A program made the position numbers and the translations under genes. Below, piece after piece: positions 62,838 through 64,000 of a stretch of DNA of 64,000 nucleotides (the first letter of the stretch is position 1; each line of letters starts with the position of its first letter). This stretch comes from an uncultured Microthrixaceae bacterium (GTDB lineage: Bacteria; Actinomycetota; Acidimicrobiia; Acidimicrobiales; VFJN01), in assembly GCA_963806205.1 (NCBI GenBank), contig CAWDXF010000004.1:202109-266108 (forward strand). The letters are read 5' to 3'. The notes beneath the pieces are model-generated. The model had not been told where the DNA came from, did not search any database, and worked only from the letters and a program-made list of their open reading frames with translations.

Positions 62838-63710
62838 CTAGAGGGCAGCCAGCGCCGGTCCCAGACGGTCGGGGTCGTGGACCAGCCCGTCGGCCCGGGC
62901 CAGGTCGCCGGTGACCACGGGGACACCGGGATCTCCCTGGGAGAGGTCGGGTTCGTGGGCCACGACGACGTGGGGGTGGATCCCGTGGCGCCCGAGTGCC
63001 CCGACGTGCGCGGCGAGGTCGTAGCCGCGGGTCTCGGCGCCGTCGGCCCGGAGGTTTGCGACGTAGGCGACGCGCGCGGGCGTGTCGAGCAAGGTCTTGC
63101 GGAGGTCCCCCACCACGGCCGCTGCGAGGACGCTGGTGTAGAGCGAGCCGGGCCCCAGCACGACCAGGTCGGCCCGGGCGATGGCGGTGAGGGCCACCTG
63201 GGAGGCGGCCGTGAACGAGGGGTCGACCCACACCTCGTCGAGCCCGTCGGTCCCCGCCACGGCCACCTGACCCACGACCACCGTGCCGTCGCGCGTGCGG
63301 GCGTGGAGGACGACCGCGTCGTCGGTGACCGGGACCACCCGGGCGCGGGTGAGGTCGACGCCGGCGGTCCGGGCCACCTCGTCGCACGCGGACTGGAGGT
63401 CACCTAGCTCCTCGGTGAGCGCCAGCAGCAGGAGGTTCCCCACGGCGTGGCCGCTGAGCTCCCCGGCGTCGAAGCGACGCTCCAGGACGCTGGCCCACAC
63501 GTGGTCCGGGCCGGCCAGCGCGGCCAGGCACCGGCGCACGTCGCCGAGGGCGGGCACCTCCCAGGACTCCCGCAGGCGCCCGGTCGACCCCCCGTCGTCG
63601 GCGGTGGACACCACCGCCGTGACCACCCCGGCCCAGGGGAGGACGGCCCGCAGCGTCACCGCGAGGCCGTGGCCACCGCCGATCGCGACCACGCGCCGAC
63701 CGGCCGTCAC
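62838..63710 (-). CDS. yvcK: YvcK/CuvA (UDP-GlcNAc-binding gluconeogenesis/morphogenesis factor)
   Basis: IGGGHGL, ADDGGSTGRLR, GHAVGNL, LGPGSLYTS. Confidence 0.92.
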   Translation of the reverse strand: MTAGRRVVAIGGGHGLAVTLRAVLPWAGVVTAVVSTADDGGSTGRLRESWEVPALGDVRRCLAALAGPDHVWASVLERRFDAGELSGHAVGNLLLLALTEELGDLQSACDEVARTAGVDLTRARVVPVTDDAVVLHARTRDGTVVVGQVAVAGTDGLDEVWVDPSFTAASQVALTAIARADLVVLGPGSLYTSVLAAAVVGDLRKTLLDTPARVAYVANLRADGAETRGYDLAAHVGALGRHGIHPHVVVAHEPDLSQGDPGVPVVTGDLARADGLVHDPDRLGPALAAL

Positions 63711-64000
63711 TTCGCCACGTCCCGGTGGAGCACGGTGGGGGTGAAGCCACGGGCCCGCAGCAGGTCGGCCACGGCCTCCGCGATGGTCACCGAGCGGTGC
63801 CGGCCGCCGGTGCACCCGAACGCCATCGACAGGTACGACTTGCCCTCCGCCACGTACGCGGGCAGGAGCAGGCCGAGGAGCCCGTCCAGGCGCTCGAGGA
63901 ACTCGTGAGCCGCGTCCTGGCCCAGCACGTAGCTGCGCACCTGCTCGTGCAGCCCGGTCTGCGGGCGCAGCTCCTCGACCCAGTGCGGGTTCGGGAGGAA
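63707..64000 (-). CDS. rapZ: RNase adapter RapZ (3' part; gene continues beyond the window)
   Basis: FLPNPHW, EGKSYL..AFGCTGGRHRSV, HRDV. Confidence 0.93.
   Translation of the reverse strand, partial: FLPNPHWVEELRPQTGLHEQVRSYVLGQDAAHEFLERLDGLLGLLLPAYVAEGKSYLSMAFGCTGGRHRSVTIAEAVADLLRARGFTPTVLHRDVAK

Overview
A very GC-rich actinobacterial chromosome segment. Gene content and synteny suggest Acidimicrobiia, which is an inference. It carries about 70 genes. From left to right: lipid/acyl-CoA and DNA-repair genes (0-4.8 kb); a surface-glycan modification cluster with an OafA acyltransferase, a 2OG-Fe(II) oxygenase, a multi-TM protein, Ppm1 and a GT2-methyltransferase fusion (4.8-14.7 kb); apeB, a J-domain gene, msrB, a UvrD-like helicase and an LCP gene; modBC; menB; typA; a TetR-controlled ferritin-like di-iron plus luciferase-like monooxygenase pair; lineage-specific coiled-coil and Thr-rich surface proteins (31-40 kb); an accessory region (41.4-51.9 kb) ending at tRNA-Leu(GAG); an opp/dpp ABC cluster with secG; and tpiA-pgk-gap-yvcK-rapZ, with no whiA. 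Two observations stand out. First, an intact cyclic-nucleotide-binding domain is fused in frame to a cytochrome P450 (44858-46534). Second, three degenerate copies of the tRNA-Leu 3' end sit at gene boundaries and split 49.8-51.9 kb into 0.5-0.9 kb units with no integrase, resembling a tRNA-anchored cassette array. Many genes, including typA and secG, are broken by small indels, most densely at 17-19 kb and 52-59 kb. These are most likely long-read or assembly errors, so coordinates of those genes are approximate. All calls come from reading motifs by eye; no searches were run.
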